A DNA stretch of 64,000 nt, taken from Vicugna vicugna. Its lineage: Eukaryota. Both the position numbers and the translations under genes were made by a program. The notes below the pieces were generated by a model. It worked only from the letters and a program-made list of their open reading frames with translations. It was not told the DNA's origin and searched no databases. Of this stretch, positions 17,752 through 33,680 are shown in pieces. Within the stretch, counting starts at the first letter, position 1. The number at the start of each line of letters is the position of its first letter. The stretch covers positions 2,845,553 through 2,909,552 of the forward strand of contig MU058868.1 in NCBI GenBank assembly GCA_013265495.1, written 5' to 3'.

Positions 17752-18439
17752 CTGAAAAGGGAGAGAAGGGAGCGTCACCCTGGGGCCAGTCCCCCTGGAC
17801 CAGGGATGTCAGTGAGGGCCCGGATACTGACACCCTGACACCAGCGCCCCTGAGGGGAAGCAGGCTGGGGCGGCAGCGAGGGGCGCCGGCCGAGAAGCCT
17901 TGTCTTCCAGAATGTGCTCCTGCCCCATCTCCTCCCCCCTCACCCCCACCCCCGCAGGACTCCATCCGCCCTCAAGAGGCTGCCGCCTTCCACCGCTGCC
18001 CTCTGGGAACAGGAGTCACACGCCCCCCGAGGGCTGCCCCGGGTTCCGGGTTCCGTGGGCTCTCCCAGGGGCAGGGCGGCCCCTCTGGGGTTGAGCCCCT
18101 CCTCATCTGACTGCCTGCCCATTCCCATGCCTCAGTTCCCACCCCCTTAAAGCGGGCTGACACTGACAGCCCACGGGGTTGCCAGAGAAACCCAGCGAGG
18201 GAAGAAGAGCTGTAAAAAGACACATGAAGCGCCGTGTGCTGTCGACCACATAGTCCTGCTCAGAGGACCCCACAACACCCCGAGCAAGGTCGCCACGCGG
18301 CTTCCTGAAGAAAAGGAGGTCGTAAGCCAGGCGGGCTTGAACCTGACCGGCTACGGTCAAATGTGTTTGTCTGTTGAGGAGGAGGAGCCGACTAGAGGGA
18401 TCTAGGAAGCAAATCTCATATTGGTGGGAATGCGTGTCA

Positions 18440-18712
18440 GCCAGCGGCAGAAAGGATGTGTGTGGACACGTGTGTGTGTGTATACGTGTACGCACGTGCG
18501 CACACATGCGTGGATGTGTAGGTGGATGTGTGTGTTTTCATGTGTGCCCCTGTGTGTGTACAGTTGTGTGTGTGCAGGGGTGTGTGTCTGCATTTGTGTG
18601 AGTGTGTCTGCACGTGTGTGTCTGCACATGTGTCTGTCAGTGTATGGTGTGTGTGCACGTACGTGTGTGTGCATACCTGTGTCTGTGTGGGTGTGCACAC
18701 ACGTGCACGCAC
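18440..18712. repeat. Degenerate (TG)n / alternating purine-pyrimidine tract
   Basis: About 270 bp of tgtgtg/cacacg motifs in intron 10. Confidence 0.9.
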
Positions 18713-19269
18713 CTCCGTCTGGCAGGAGAAAGGAATGAGCTGTACAGCCACATCCCTGTAGGGGAACTGGCGAGTCGCTCCAGCACTGTCCCCTCTGCCA
18801 CATTTTCTTTCATTGTGGCTGTTGACACACTTCCTTCACCTGTGATTTGCACTGCAGCCCCCAGAGAAATCCTTTCCTAAACTGAGGGCCTTGAGATCAA
18901 CAGAACAGCATTGTGTTCAGGAGGTGGCCACCCTGAAGTGTAGCCCCGGCCACCCAGAGGCCAGGCAACCCAGGCCAGACCACAGCCTCGAGAGCCCGGA
19001 GTCCTGATCCGATGGTGGGGAGGGAGGTCCCCCTTACACGGAGTGGGCAGAGGGCCAGGGCAGGGCTGGCCGGAACAGAACCGGCCGGCACGCTCGCCGC
19101 CGCCCCAGCGCCCGGAGTGAGGGAGGCCTCGGGCGGATGGGGGGCTTGGGGCCGCTCTCCTGCGCCTCCCTGGCTCTGGCCCTGTTCCTCCCTCTGTGTC
19201 TGGCCTGCCTGGCCTTGTGTGGCCCTACCTGCCCCAAAGGCAGCGACAGCACTTGTAGAATCCCCTTTA

Positions 19270-19833
<564 letters not shown>

Positions 19834-20379
19834 TCACACTAAGACCCTTTTCTACTCCCTAACTTGACAGACAGTCCCTGTACACCTGCCCTGTGCCTAG
19901 CGGTAAAAACACCAGGATATAAAAAAAATAGATCCTGTTCCCAAGGGTGCTTTGTCTTGCTGGAGGCAGACACCCAGGAGTAGGGAAGGCTGTGATAGAT
20001 GCAGCAGGTCACAGCATCCTGGGGAGGTAAGCTCCTGGACAGCCTTCAAAACCCCACCTCAAATGCCCTTTCCCCTGCAAGGCTGGCCCTGACAGTTACA
20101 GGCAGACCTGATCCCTCCACAATGAAAGCGCCCACAGCGCCTCACATGACTTCTGCCAGTGCTTTCCCCAGTGCCCAGCACGGACACAGGGCACTTGTGT
20201 GCTCTGAGAAGTCAGGGTGGGGAAAAATAGGAAGGAACAGAGGGAGGAAGAGGGGAGCAATTTCTGCTTATAGGACCAAGTCACCAGCAAAATGCAAGAC
20301 TTTCAAATGTACTTTGGATGTACTTAGAGGGAGCTATTTTGAGAAGTTCAAGAAAGCCTCAGGGCAGATTGTGGGATAT

Positions 20380-20860
20380 TCGACAAAACAGCAGGCTTCT
20401 ATTCCTTACAAATGTCAGTGTCCTAAAGGACAGAGACACCGAGGGACTGTTTCAGATCAAGGAGACAAGACTGAAGAGATGGAGAACTGGTAACACGTAG
20501 TCTGGAATTTTCTTTGGCTGTAGAGGGAATTACTGGGAAAAGTGGCAAAATCTGAATAAGGCCTGCAGATGACAGTATTGTAATAATGTTAACTTCCTGA
20601 TTCTGACAGGTGTGTGTGGCTATGTAAGCCATGTCCTGGTTTTAGGAAACACACAGTGCATTCTTTAGGAGTAAAGGGACATCATGCTTGCAAATAACTC
20701 CCAAAGAATTTAGGCAAAAAAATTGAAAAAAAAAGAAGAGGAGAAAGTAAATGTCATAACATTAACATCTGGGCAATCTGGGTGAAGGATATGCAGGAAT
20801 TTTATGCTCTCCTTGCAACTTTTGTCTAAGTCTGAAATTATGTCAAAATAAAGTTAAAAG
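20380..20860 (+). mobile_element. L1ME-type 3-prime end fragment
   Basis: aatctgaataaggcctgcag...aatgttaacttcctgatt...tttaggaaacacacagtg...gggcaatctgggtgaaggatatgcaggaatt...cttgcaacttttgtctaagtctgaaattatgtcaaaataaag. Confidence 0.75.
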
Positions 20861-22089
20861 AAATGAAGAATAACCACAAAACAAAGGATGTAAGTTCAGA
20901 TCTGGAATAGGAAAGACGCTCAGTAAACGTCTGTAGAGTGAAGGAAAGGAGTTGGTAGGGCTTCTCCAGCTGTAAACAGGACCAATGGCACCAGGCCCCA
21001 TTGCCCTTCTGGGAGAAGGGAGGGCAGCAGGCTGGCTCCTCCCCACAGCAATAGCAGCTCAGACCCTTGACAAGCTCAGGGCATGTTCAATTCTCAAGGA
21101 CCCCTGTCTGTGGAGAAGTTGTGGGCTCCTCAGAGATGCTGGAAGGCATCTAGCCCAGGGGCCCCCAGAGGGCTGCACAGAATACCAGGCGATGGGCTGT
21201 GTGCAAAAAGGAGTCTGGACGTCCAATAGGGTGGGAAACACATTTCAGCAGGAGAAAGAAAACTCAGACTCTGGGTGCCTTCCTTGTGCTGGGAATCCCT
21301 GTGGACTGCCAACCAGGGCGCGTAGGGGGCACATCCCTACTGAGGAAGTTCGGAATGGATCCCTGGGGGAGCGCACACCTTGGGAACCACAGGTGGGGCG
21401 TCCGAGCCCAGCCCAGCTTCAAACTGCTTCTCGTGAACAGGGGCAAAGAGGTGCCAGAACAGACAGACACTTGAGTCAGGGAACAAAGTGACTGTGGGAC
21501 TCGTCATGATGCCCAAGTGGCCTCTGAGAGTTGGTCTGGGGGTTGTCGGTCTGTCTGCAGCGTTAGGCAAGAACGAGCTGGGCTGTCCGGGCTGGGGGGC
21601 CCTGAGGACGTGCACCCCATGTTTGTGCATGGTGAGGCCCGGCTGGGTGCTGGCCCTGCAAAGGGACTTCTCTACACACTGACTCCTGGGCTGAAGGCTG
21701 AACAAGAAAAGGTCAAGAACACAGTTGTGCTTGCTGACCACTCTCCCCAGACCCCCCGTTGCCGTCCAGGGTCAGGTGGTGGGGGCACGGAGGTGACCGG
21801 CCAGCCAGGAAGGGCGCCCCCAGGGATGAGCTACTGGCGATGAGACGGGACCAGTGAGGGTCCCTGGACAACGGTACGGTCGGGACGGAGGGGGCGTCTC
21901 ACACCGGGGGACGCGCATGTCGAACCAGCATCGTCCTAGAAGGGGCGAGCCAACTCCCAGGGCTAGACTTAGGGTGAGATGATGGTGAGTGGGAGCCCAT
22001 GAAACTGAGGGTTACCAGGGCCTGGGCTGGGGGCCCTGAAGGCCAGGCCCAGAACTTTGAAGGTTTGATGAAGGGGAGCGGCCTGGTGT

Positions 22090-22437
22090 ACGGGGTTGAA
22101 TGTTTGAAAGTAGGATTTTTAGATGCAGTCAAGTAAAGGGTCCTGGCAGCAGGACATGATTCTGGGTTATCTGGCCCCTAATCCAGCAACAGGAGAGGCG
22201 GAGGAGAGGGCACAGACACGGGGAAAAGGCCACAGGAAGACGGAGGCGGAGGTTGGGATGATGCGGCCACGGGGACGCCTAGAGCCGCCGGAGCTGAAGA
22301 GGCTGGCAGGACCCTCCCCTGGAGGCTCTGAGGGAGGCAGCCCTGCTCACACCTTGGCTGGGACGTCTGCCTCCAGCCTGCTGTTTCAAGCCCTCTGTTT
22401 GTGGTTCTCTCCCCGCAGCCCTGGGGCGCTCATGCAC
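22090..22437 (+). mobile_element. MLT1B/C-like LTR
   Basis: gaagacggaggcggaggttgggatgatgcggccac...gctgaagaggc...ccctgctcacaccttg...ctgtttcaagccctctgtttgtgg...gcagccctgg. Confidence 0.7.
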
Positions 22438-22716
22438 AGGGACAGCTATGTATTTCAGGGGCCAGGCCCTAGCAGCACTGGGAGCGGGGTGGGAGGGGTC
22501 CAGACAGGAAGCTGGGGGCAGTGGGACGGCCCTGGGCTTGGGCTAGGCCTAGTCCTGGGGACAGAGGTGGGAGGGACGACGAGGAGGGGAGGGGGAAGGG
22601 CAGGGGTGCTGTCCAGGCCGCCGCCCAGATCTGTCACCTAGGAAGCGGGTGTTCAGGGCAGGGGTCCCACAGGGGCAAAGGGTGGACTCAGAAAGGGGTG
22701 GGGCCTTGGCCACTCA

Positions 22717-22935
<219 letters not shown>

Positions 22936-23729
22936 TCAGTGCTGGGGGGCTGGGCGGGCAGACGAGTGGCCCTTGGCCAGCCAGTTGGTGCCCCAGCTGG
23001 GGAACACATAGTCCTGATGAGGAACTCATCTGGCACCTGGCTGGGGTTGCGGGGCCACCGCACATGAGGGGCTGGATGTCCCACCCCCTTGAAGGGGACA
23101 CTTTATCCTCACACTGAGGATGAGGAACGGAGGCCAGGAGACGCTGATGAACTTGGCCCAGGGCCGTCAGCATCCAAAGCCAGGGCCCCCCCAGAGCAAA
23201 TACAGCTGTAAGTGTCCTCCTGTGGGCCTGACGTCCATTTGACAGGTACGCGAGGCCACACAGACACCGGCCAGCCTGGGGCACAGCAACGCACGCTGGG
23301 CCAGGAGCCCAAGCCGTCTTCCCCAGAAGAAGACCCCTGCCTCGTGCTCCTTTAATAGCCCCGTGGAGAATTCAGATGGGGGCCTAGCCCGCACCCCTCT
23401 ACCCCTACCCCAGGGTCCTCCAAGGTGTCTGACGTAGCACCCGGAAGGCAGCAAAATCTGAGAAAGTGCTTGTTGAACAGTGTGTGGAGTCACACTCTAG
23501 AAGCACAGTGGCCAGAGTCCTGGCCTCGCTGTGTGCTGTGTGGGTTTGGGCCAGCCATGGACCTCTCTGATCCTCCGTTTTTGCTTCTCGAATCAGAGAG
23601 GATTCTAGCTACCTCTTCTGGCTACCTCGGGGAGGATTCAGGGTGAGCACGAAAGCTTTCAGAATGCTGGTACCCACCCCTCCTTACCCGCCTCTTCCCC
23701 AGGGGAGGAGAGCCAATGGAAACATTTAC

Positions 23730-23806
23730 CCATCTGCTGGCTGTCCGGTGTCACAGGTCCACCCATGGAGTCGCTGATGGGGTCCCAGGGGACCCTAAGA
23801 GCCCAC
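23730..23806 (-). CDS. SH3TC1: SH3TC1 exon 8: WALRVPWDPISDSMGGPVTPDSQQM
   Basis: Absent from the ORF track and found by reading. Acceptor gctccag|, donor ATG G|gtaaa; 77 nt, phase 2-1; matches human WALRIPQDPIDDAMGGPV. Confidence 0.93.
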
Positions 23807-24573
23807 CTGGAGCGAGGTGAGAGGGGAGTTCAGATCTGGGGCAGACTGAGCCTGCATGTAGTCTGGACAAGTCAGCAGCCCCCAGGGACCCAAGCAGAAT
23901 TCACCACCTGCCCCACTGCACGCACACACACAGGCACACACAAGCACACGCCCGGGGGTAAGGCATTCAGGCCCAGCTGTGCCCCACGTCCCCCCACCCA
24001 GGTGCCTCCTCCCCGTCCTCAGGCTGGCGTCCTCGGAGACCCCCCCCCCAATCCAGGGGGAGAAGCTGAGCCACAGACTGTTACTTCACAGCCACTGAAC
24101 ATGAGGAGATTGAATTTCTCTCTTTGCTTTGGCCACCAGGAAGCTCCAAGCCAAGTTTATGCCCTACGTTCAGTACATGAGCAGAAGCTTACATGCCACC
24201 TGTCCTCACTTTCCTCAGGCTTTCTCTGCCTTGGCTCTTATTTGCACAGATCCCTTCATGCTCCCTTACTATGGGCACAGGCTGTGTGGCTCCATCCAAA
24301 GATTTCCAGAATGAGCTGGAACAGGAAGCCAGAGCCCCATCCTTCATACTCCTGGGCCCTTGTCATCCCAGGACAGCCCTGCCAGGAAATGTCAGTGTCC
24401 TGTCGTGCACGGGACAGGCTTGAGGCCCAGAGAGCTGGTCTGGCTGGCCGAGGCCACACACTGAAAACAGCAGAAGGGGTCATGGCTGGGTCTGTCTGGG
24501 GCTCACACCGTTCTCCACCCACCCGCCTTGGCCTATGGATAGACCAGAGCAGAGAAACAAATGTCGGTACCTA

Positions 24574-24789
<216 letters not shown>

Positions 24790-25318
24790 TTAGGGCAGCT
24801 GGACACAGGGCAGGACCACCCCGCCCCACCAGGCAGCACTGCAGAGGTCCTTTCCCCTCCCCTCCACTCCGTTTCTACATCCACAGAAAGACACTGGAGG
24901 CCCCCAGGGCCCGGACTGGGAGGCTGGACCTGGACAGGAGTCCCTCCTCTGCCTGGGCTGGCCCTGGGAGCCCGGCTCATCCTGACTCCCTGGACCTCAG
25001 TTTCCCCTCTGTCTGGGCTATGAGGGGCCAGACACGCGATCCCAAGGGCCCTGTGGCCTGGACACCCGCCAGCAAGTCTGACCGCAGCCGGCCCCCACCC
25101 CGTCCGCTCTGTGGCCGCGGCAGGACGCACAGCTCGCGCTGTGTTCGCTGCAGGCTCGGAGCCCACCTGTGAGGCCACCGAGGCTCTCGGAGCGACAGCT
25201 GGGGCAGGGATGCGGGGTAGGGGTGGGGCACTTGCAAAAGCCCCTCTTCTGGCGTTTCTTTGGGGGCTGACCACGGTCTGCACAACTAAGTTCCAGAAGC
25301 ACGTACCCTCCCTGCTCA

Positions 25319-25864
<546 letters not shown>

Positions 25865-26280
25865 CTATGAATGAGATGGGACAAGAGCATTCAGGGAGAT
25901 CAGAATGCTGGGGGTGCTGGCACAGCCCTGCTCAAGGTGCACAGGAAACCGTCTTCCTGATTCTTATTTTCCACTTCCTCGGTCCTCAGCCTGGGCGTGG
26001 GGCAGCAGGGTTCCCAAGGAGAGGAACTTAGACAGCTGAAGCCTCCTTTAAAACAGGGACTGTTTCAGGAAGAAACCACTCGGGTGGAGGCTGAGACACG
26101 TTTCCTGGTCTGTGCTCTGCCAGTCAGAGCTCAGTTTCCCTCGGGCACAGACTTGGAAGGAATTTGGAAACTCGGTGTAAGACGTGTTCCCAGCACAGAC
26201 CCGTGTGAGTCTGCAGCTCCTCCTGTGACATCAGTCCTCATGGAGAACAGGGGAGCGCATGGAGAGGCTGTAATGAGCTA

Positions 26281-26643
<363 letters not shown>

Positions 26644-27662
26644 TCAAGCCATCTGTAGCTCCTCAGTGCTGTACCAAGCCCTACTCCTTCCCAGAGCTTG
26701 CACGGCCTCCATGCTCTGAGCCTGCATCCTCTGTGACCCCATGTGACAGTTCCACCTGCCGCAAGCCCAACACACCAGCGATACCAGGTTCTCCGTGCTC
26801 CGGCTGTGCTCAGCCCTGTGCAGCCCCAGCCTCGCCTCCGGCCCCCTCCTGCAGCTTCAACTTGGGTTTCAATAGTAAATCCATCATCCCGTCTCCTGAC
26901 GTCCATCCCATGAACACTCCTGATGGTGCTGGGGCATTAAAAGTAACGCCAGGCTGACACCGACCAAGCGTGTGTGTTGGGGGCAGTGGGTGCTCACAAC
27001 ATCTCCATTTGAATTGAGAAAATAAGGCCGCATTTCCTCTCTGAGGTCTGACCCTCAGTAATTGGCACAGCCGGGAATCAGACCAGAGCCAGTGCGTTTA
27101 ACCACCTACTCTTGCCTGGCCCCACAGGGGCAGCCCCGTAGCGGAGCACTGTGCTGAGTGTGCGACGCCTGCTGTGCACAGGCCCTCCCATCAGCTCCGT
27201 GGGGCAGCAATTCTAAGCAACCCCAGTGTGTGGCTGAGGAAGCAGCATTCACAGAGGCTCAGGGGCACCGGCCAAGGTCAAGCCAGGCTGAGTGCAAGGT
27301 CAGATGGTGACCGCCCAGCCGCCTTCACCACCCTCCTGCCAGACCGGCCCTCTGTGCAGAGGCCAGTCACCAACAAATCAAAGAGTAAGCTCAACCCACA
27401 CCGGTCCTTCTTACTCCCTAGAAAGAGACTAAAAGTCCTGGCAGGGTGGCACGTCCCTGGAGATAGGAGCTGGGGCATTCGGAACAGCCCACATGTGTCT
27501 GGGCTGCAGCGTGTAATCCGTGATCCCTGGCGCCAGAAATCCAGGAGTGCAAACGGGACAAGTCACAGTGCCACCATCAGGTGAGGTCAAGGCATGGCCG
27601 CCCCCTCCCCTGACCGTCGTCCCAGGAGGCCTGGACATCACGGACAGGCCCTCCTCTTCCTA

Positions 27663-27920
<258 letters not shown>

Positions 27921-28600
27921 TTAGGCGCGGGCCAGGCGCTCTGTGGGGGGATATCCCACCCCCGTGAGCCCCAGCGCAAAGCCGTGGGGCCCTGGGTTCC
28001 AGCCCCATGTGCGCCACCCGTGAAACTTGGTACAGTGGCTTATTGCCCCTGAGCCCCAGTTTCTTTCCTTGTAAACAGTCGCAGGCTGCCTCCATCTCAC
28101 AGAGAGACGGGAGGGAAGGAGCGGTGGTACAGCCACAGCCCAGGACAGGCCGGCCCGGAACAAGCGCTCAGCAAGTGGCCCCGAGTCCCCGTGACCTCCA
28201 GCCTGACCTCTTCCCCGCCCGAGCTCCAATGGGGCATCCAGCCTCCATCAGACAGGGCATCCCAGGACTCTCAACCCCGCATGCCCCCCAGACCGGACTC
28301 TCCTCTTTTACCATCTCCAAAGGGAGCCCCAGCCCCTGCCCCGCTCAACCAAGGACACCTCCCTCCATCACACCCCACTGGCTCCACCTGCAAAACCAGG
28401 CGGAACCTGCCGCGGCCCCACCCCGTAGGCCTGCCTGGGCAGTGTCTTAGGCCTGGCCCTCCCTCCAAACAGTTTTCTGGTCCACAGAGACCCAGATGGT
28501 CCCCTCACAGCCAGCACTGGCTCACTGCATGACCCAGCTCCCAGCCCTCTGGGCAGTGCCTGCCACTGGAAATTTCTGCAGGGATGAGCGTGTTTGCTCT

Positions 28601-28754
28601 CTGCACGGTCCCGCACGGCAGCCACCAGCCACATGAGGCCCTGAGCTCTTAATGTGTGGGCAGTGGCAGTGTAGGCGAGGCACTGGATTCCTTATTTTAT
28701 TTGAGTTAAACGTAAGCATAAATGGCCGCACAGCTACGGTGTCGGACAGCGCGG
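28601..28754. mobile_element. MER3 (hAT-Charlie MITE)
   Basis: Degenerate terminal inverted repeats ctgcacggtcccgcacggcagccaccagccacatg / cagctacggtgtcggacagcgcgg around an AT-rich core. Confidence 0.7.
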
Positions 28755-30128
28755 CTGCCGCGGTTTCCCATCTCAGGAGGAACAAAGTGCAAACCCTTTC
28801 CACTCATTTGCTGGCACAGCCTGAGCCTCTGCCCTGCTCCTCCCCACCTTCCACCTCTTCCCTCCCTCCCTCCTAGCCTGTGGCCTTCTCTCTGCCACCC
28901 TGAAACATGAAGGCATTCCCGTATGCCACCTGCCCCAGGGCCTTTGCACTCACCATATCCTCTCCCAGACCCACTCCTGGCCTGGTTGGCTGCCCTATGA
29001 CTCAGATCTCAGCTCAAATGTCCCCTGTCTACCCCCCACCAGTTTCCCTGAGAGGCCTCCTGGCCACAGGGATGCCCAGAGCATGGGCTGTTCCAAAGCT
29101 GGGGAGGAGAGTGGGAGAGAAGGAGAGGGGGTGGAGAGAAGAGAGGGGGAAGAGGGAGGGAGAGGAAGAGGGATAGAATGGGTGGGGGTGGGGGTAGGGA
29201 CAGACTTTTCATACCCTCTGAATAAGCCCTGCACCTGCCTTAGAACTTTCTAGCTAGGGGACCCTGGAGCAGACATCTTCAGCCTCTCCCGGGGCAGACA
29301 GGGCCAGGGGCAGGACAGCATGGAGACTTCTGGGATCTGGAATCAAGCCCCTCCCCCAGCAGGAAGCCTGGCCCAGTGTTTTCCAACCAGTTCTAAGATG
29401 TGACCCCTCCTATAATCTGCCTCAGTGCTCACAGCCCTGAGCGTCCCCAGTGACCAGAGGCAGCGCTGACCACCCGGAAGGAAGGCTGGAGGCCATGTGG
29501 CCATTGAGGCAAAGGTGAGCCTCCAACAAAGCTGGGGTCTCTGTGTCCCCTGCAGCTGGAACTCGGAGGGGGGGCCTCCAGGGTAACAGCCTCCTACTGC
29601 CTCCCCACGTCGGCATCCTGCAGGAGGCCCTCCCTGGAAGCGGATCCATGGATGCCTCTCCCGAGGGCCCCTCCCAACCCCCTGTCCCACCGCTTACAGT
29701 GGGGACCACGTCCCACCTCGGCCCCTTCCCAGGGTGTCTCTCGTGGAGTCTCACTTCCCCTGCATGGGGCTTCCAGGGCCATGCCCTCTCCTTTGGGCAG
29801 ATGCAAACACAGAGCCCAGGGGAGCCCTTCACCAGTGCGGGTGAACCCCAACTTTCTGATCCCAAGTGCAAATGCAGAGTCCCTACCCCAGACCACCGCC
29901 TCAGAGCCTGGGTGTGACCTGGTGTCAGCACTAGCAAGCCCCCCACAACAGCAGTCACGGCTGGAAGTCGGGGGCCGCATTGCTGAAGCCTGGGTCAGAC
30001 ATTCCTGAGCGGGACAGTCGAGGCCCAGAGGAAGGGGAGAGAAAGAAGGGGGTTTGCCCTGGAGCCCCACATTCACAGCCCAGCCCAGATTAAACCCTGC
30101 AGAGTGGTGCAGCACTGAGGACGTCCAC

Positions 30129-30203
30129 CTGTGGGGTGCGATCCCATCTGGCCGGGAGGGGGCGTGGCAGCCGGCTGAGAGGCACCCGGGGCAGCGGCAG
30201 CGC
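30129..30203 (-). CDS. SH3TC1: SH3TC1 exon 3: (G)AAAAPGASQPAATPPPGQMGSHPT
   Basis: Acceptor ttttacag|, donor ACA G|gtggac; 75 nt, phase 1-1; resembles human PAAGTPPCQMGVYPT. Confidence 0.88.
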
Positions 30204-30384
30204 CTGTAAAAGAGCAGGGTCCTGTGGTCAAAGTGTGGGCAGGCAGGCGACTCTCAGGCACACAGGCGCTGCACCCCGGGATGTTTCTGGAAGAAAGGTG
30301 TGTTCATACCCCTGCAAACCACAGCTCACACCCTTCCTCCAAGGTGACAGAACACGACGAGGTCAGCAGGCTGCAAGTTTCCTG

Positions 30385-30752
30385 TTGTGCTGTGACCAGT
30401 AACCCCCAGCCTAGTGGCTTCTGAAAACATGTTACTGTGTCATCTTGATTTTCTGGGTTTGAGAAGGGTCTCGCTGGTCAAAGTCAGTGTGTCGGCAGGG
30501 CTGGCTCCTTTGGGAGGCTCCAGGGAGAATCCATGTCCTGGCTTCTCCAGCTCCTAGAGGTGCCCGCATTCCTTGGCTTGCGGCCCCTCCTCCATCTCCA
30601 AAGCCGGCATCCCAGCATCCTCCGCCTCTGACCCCCATCTAAGATCCATGCTCCCATCCACAGTCTCCTTGGCCATGGGAGGACATATGCATGCACAGGT
30701 TCTGGGGATCAGGATGTGGACATCTTTGGGGATGAGTATTCTGCTGACCGCA
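30385..30752 (-). mobile_element. MLT1C/D-like LTR
   Basis: aaagtcagtgtgtcggcagggctggctcct...ggaggctccagggagaatcc...ggcttctccagctcctagaggtgcccgcattccttggctt...cacaggttctggggatcaggatgtggacatctttgggg. Confidence 0.75.
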
Positions 30753-31329
30753 GAGGAGGGGTGACAGTCCAGAGGGAACTCGGGGTCTGGGGTGGATGGG
30801 GCTGCATGGTGGATCAAGCTGGACCAGCCACTCACTGGGGGTGCCACGTGTCCTCTCGGCCTTGGGTGAGACCACAGCCTGGTGAGGCTTGGTGTGATAA
30901 CCCAAAGTGCAGGGGCAGAGGGGCTCCCAGGGGCCTGAGCAGAGGACCGGCTGCTGAACCCTGAGTGGCAACTCTGTCCTCTGCTGGTCGTCCCTATATC
31001 CCAGCCTCCAGCCTCAAGGCCAGCTCACAGTTGGTATCTGGGCCAGGGGCTTCCCCAACTGCTGTCTCTGCCCTGCTCCATTTCCTTGTCTGTAAAATGG
31101 GATGAACGATCGGGGCCTTAGGATCAAGGGAGATCTGATGTGGAAACACCCGTGGCTGCAGCAGGAGGTGCTGAACCTCAGTGCAGCCTCTTCATCGCCC
31201 TGGGACCTCCTCTCGTGGTCCCAGAAAGTAGGACATGCTCAGAGGATATTGGAGACACATCACAGGACTGAATCACAGCAAAATAATGACAGCAACTGAT
31301 ACAGTCCAGAGGATAAACTAAAGACCTCT

Positions 31330-32190
31330 GAGCCCACAGGAAGATAAATAAATGAGTGACGGGCGGGGGAGCAGCTCTCTGCTACAGTGGAAAGTCCACT
31401 AATCCACACAGAGGGGACACAGGGCTGGAAGTCACCATCGAGCAGCCATCATCACACTGCGGTTTCCGTCCAGAACCGAGCATGGATGAAAACAACTAGT
31501 GCCTTCCCAGTTTGAAGAGGAACAGCATATCCACAAGGTCCCCAAGCACCTTCCCACGGGCTCCTTCCTCATGACCGGGAGGAGAGATGGCTTTATGGTG
31601 GGGGAAACTGCCGAACGTCCCCTTAATCAAGTGATTGCCCTGAGACGTGGACATCGCCAGGGACCGGCCAGATGGATGTCACAGCCTCCTGGCCGGCTGC
31701 GCGAGAGGGACACCTCACTTCCGGGGGTTTCTGCGCGGGGCACCGCCCACACTCCTGCCTGCCACAGGGTAACTGGCCCGTCGTCTTCAAAGAATCACCC
31801 TCCAGGTTAAATGACCCCGCAGACACATGCCCACAGAACACACGGCCTGGCCAAGGTTTCCTTTTGCTGTAAAGGCCATTATGGGGCCAGATGCAGGACC
31901 TGAACGAGGTCTGTAAATAAGATAACAGTGTTTTGTAAAGCAGGAAGTAACTTTGAAATCACTGCACTGTGGCTCTGTAAGAGCAGTTCCTGGTTTTAGG
32001 AAATATACACGCCAAAGTACTTGTGAGAGAAAGGGGCAACATTTCTGCAATTTACTCTTAAAACTACCCTGAAAAAAATATGTAAATACAGAAAGAAAGC
32101 AAATGTGAAATGTTAACGTTTGAGGAATCTGGGTGAGGGCAGATGGAAATGTTTGTATTATTTCTTGCAACTTTCGTGGCCAATTTGCAA
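31330..32190 (+). mobile_element. L1ME-type 3-prime end fragment
   Basis: gtccccttaatcaagtgat...ggttttaggaaatatacac...gaggaatctgggtgagggcagatggaaatgtttgtattatttcttgcaacttt. Confidence 0.65.
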
Positions 32191-33511
32191 AAGAAGCCGA
32201 AAGGTGGATGTGGTGAGAGTCCACTGGCCACATGGCTGCTCGTGGCTGGCACGCCTGAGGAGACCGGAGGAGCTCCCTGATGCCGCTGCCCGGGCTCCCA
32301 GCCAGGTCGTGGAGCTGCTAGGGCGGGAAACACCTAGCAACCCGGTCAGGGTGCTTTGGCTCGGCCGCAGCACCAGCCCGCAGGGATCCTGCGCTCTAGG
32401 AGGGGGCCCTGCCTGCACTGGCTGCCCTGTGGGAGGCTGGTCCCACTCGTGTGTACCCAGCAGGACCCAGCAGGTCCCAGCTCCTCCATCCCGTGCTGCC
32501 GTGCTCTGGGGGGCCAACCCCGTGGGACCCCCAGGCCGGGCCTCCATAGCTCCTAGGAGCCCCTCTTCCAGGCCAGACAGGTGTCCGACGACAGGCATTG
32601 CCACCCACGAGGGACACCCCAGCCCTCTCCATCTCCGCTTAAGCCCGGAAAGACCAAGAAAACAGGGGTAAAGATTCCTCCGACCACCAAGCACGCACCA
32701 TGCCGGGCTCCGGGCCAGGCACCGAGCATGAGGCTTTGTTTCCGTTCTCCCAAAGCATCCATCATTGATCATTCAGATATTCACCGGGCATCTGCTGTGT
32801 GCCAAGCCCAGACCCCCAGTGGGCAACTAAGCAGGTGGCCAGGAGGAAGGTGGACAATGTGACAGTGGGAAGCCTGGGGAGGGGCAGGAGGGCAAAGTGT
32901 CCTGGCTCGAGGAGGAGCCTGGGCCCACCTCAGCCTTCCCCCTCCCTTCCTCCCTCCCCTCCTCCAGGACCCTAGGAGGTACAGAGTGGCCACCCCTCAG
33001 GTTTCCCAGGGGGAAATTGAGGCCCAAGTTGACAAACAGGATCAGAACCAGGTCCGCCGGCAGCCAGCCCAGGCTTGCATCCCTGCACGACCCCTCCTGT
33101 GCGCACCTGGGCTGGCCAGGTGGGCTGCGGCCCTGCCCCCATCACTGCCCTCATCCTCCTCCACCCAGGAAGTAATCCTGCCCAAGGCCTGGCCCAGGCA
33201 CTGGTCCCTTCTCCTCCCTGGGCCTCCTAGGGAAATGTCCTGTCCTGCGTAATCCAAGGGTTCACATCCTGAGGACAAAGCAGGACTATGGGAACACAAA
33301 GTTGTACAAGAGCTATAAAGTCGCCTAGGACTGCATTTCTAGAATTTCCACCCTCTGCCCCTCTCTCCGTGCCCTGGAGAGGCACAAGGTAGGCCCGTCT
33401 CCCGTGAGCCCTCCCGGGCGCTGTACTCTCTGCACACTCGCTGCCAGTGCAGACCCCCAGCTCCGTCCTGGGCGGGGCGGACGGTGGGGTGGACAGGCAC
33501 GCCACACTCAC

Positions 33512-33680
33512 CCTCTCTGACCGTGGCCTTGGCCTCCTCGGGCCCTGCTCGCTCCCAGACGACCGACGCGCTCACAGGCACTCTCTGGACCTCACTGCCG
33601 CCGCTGCCTCCTGAGGGTCCTGCCGGCCCTCTCCCCGTCGGGGCTGGCTCCTCAGAGGCCACCTCCGCCAGGCCCTTCAT
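33512..33680 (-). CDS. SH3TC1: SH3TC1 exon 2, coding part with start codon: MKGLAEVASEEPAPTGRGP...EEAKATVRE
   Basis: ATG at 33680 (ccagtcATGa); donor GAG G|gtgag at 33512; aligns with the human N-terminus (MENLPAVTTEEPTPMGRGP). Likely acceptor ctgcacag| at 33728. Confidence 0.92.
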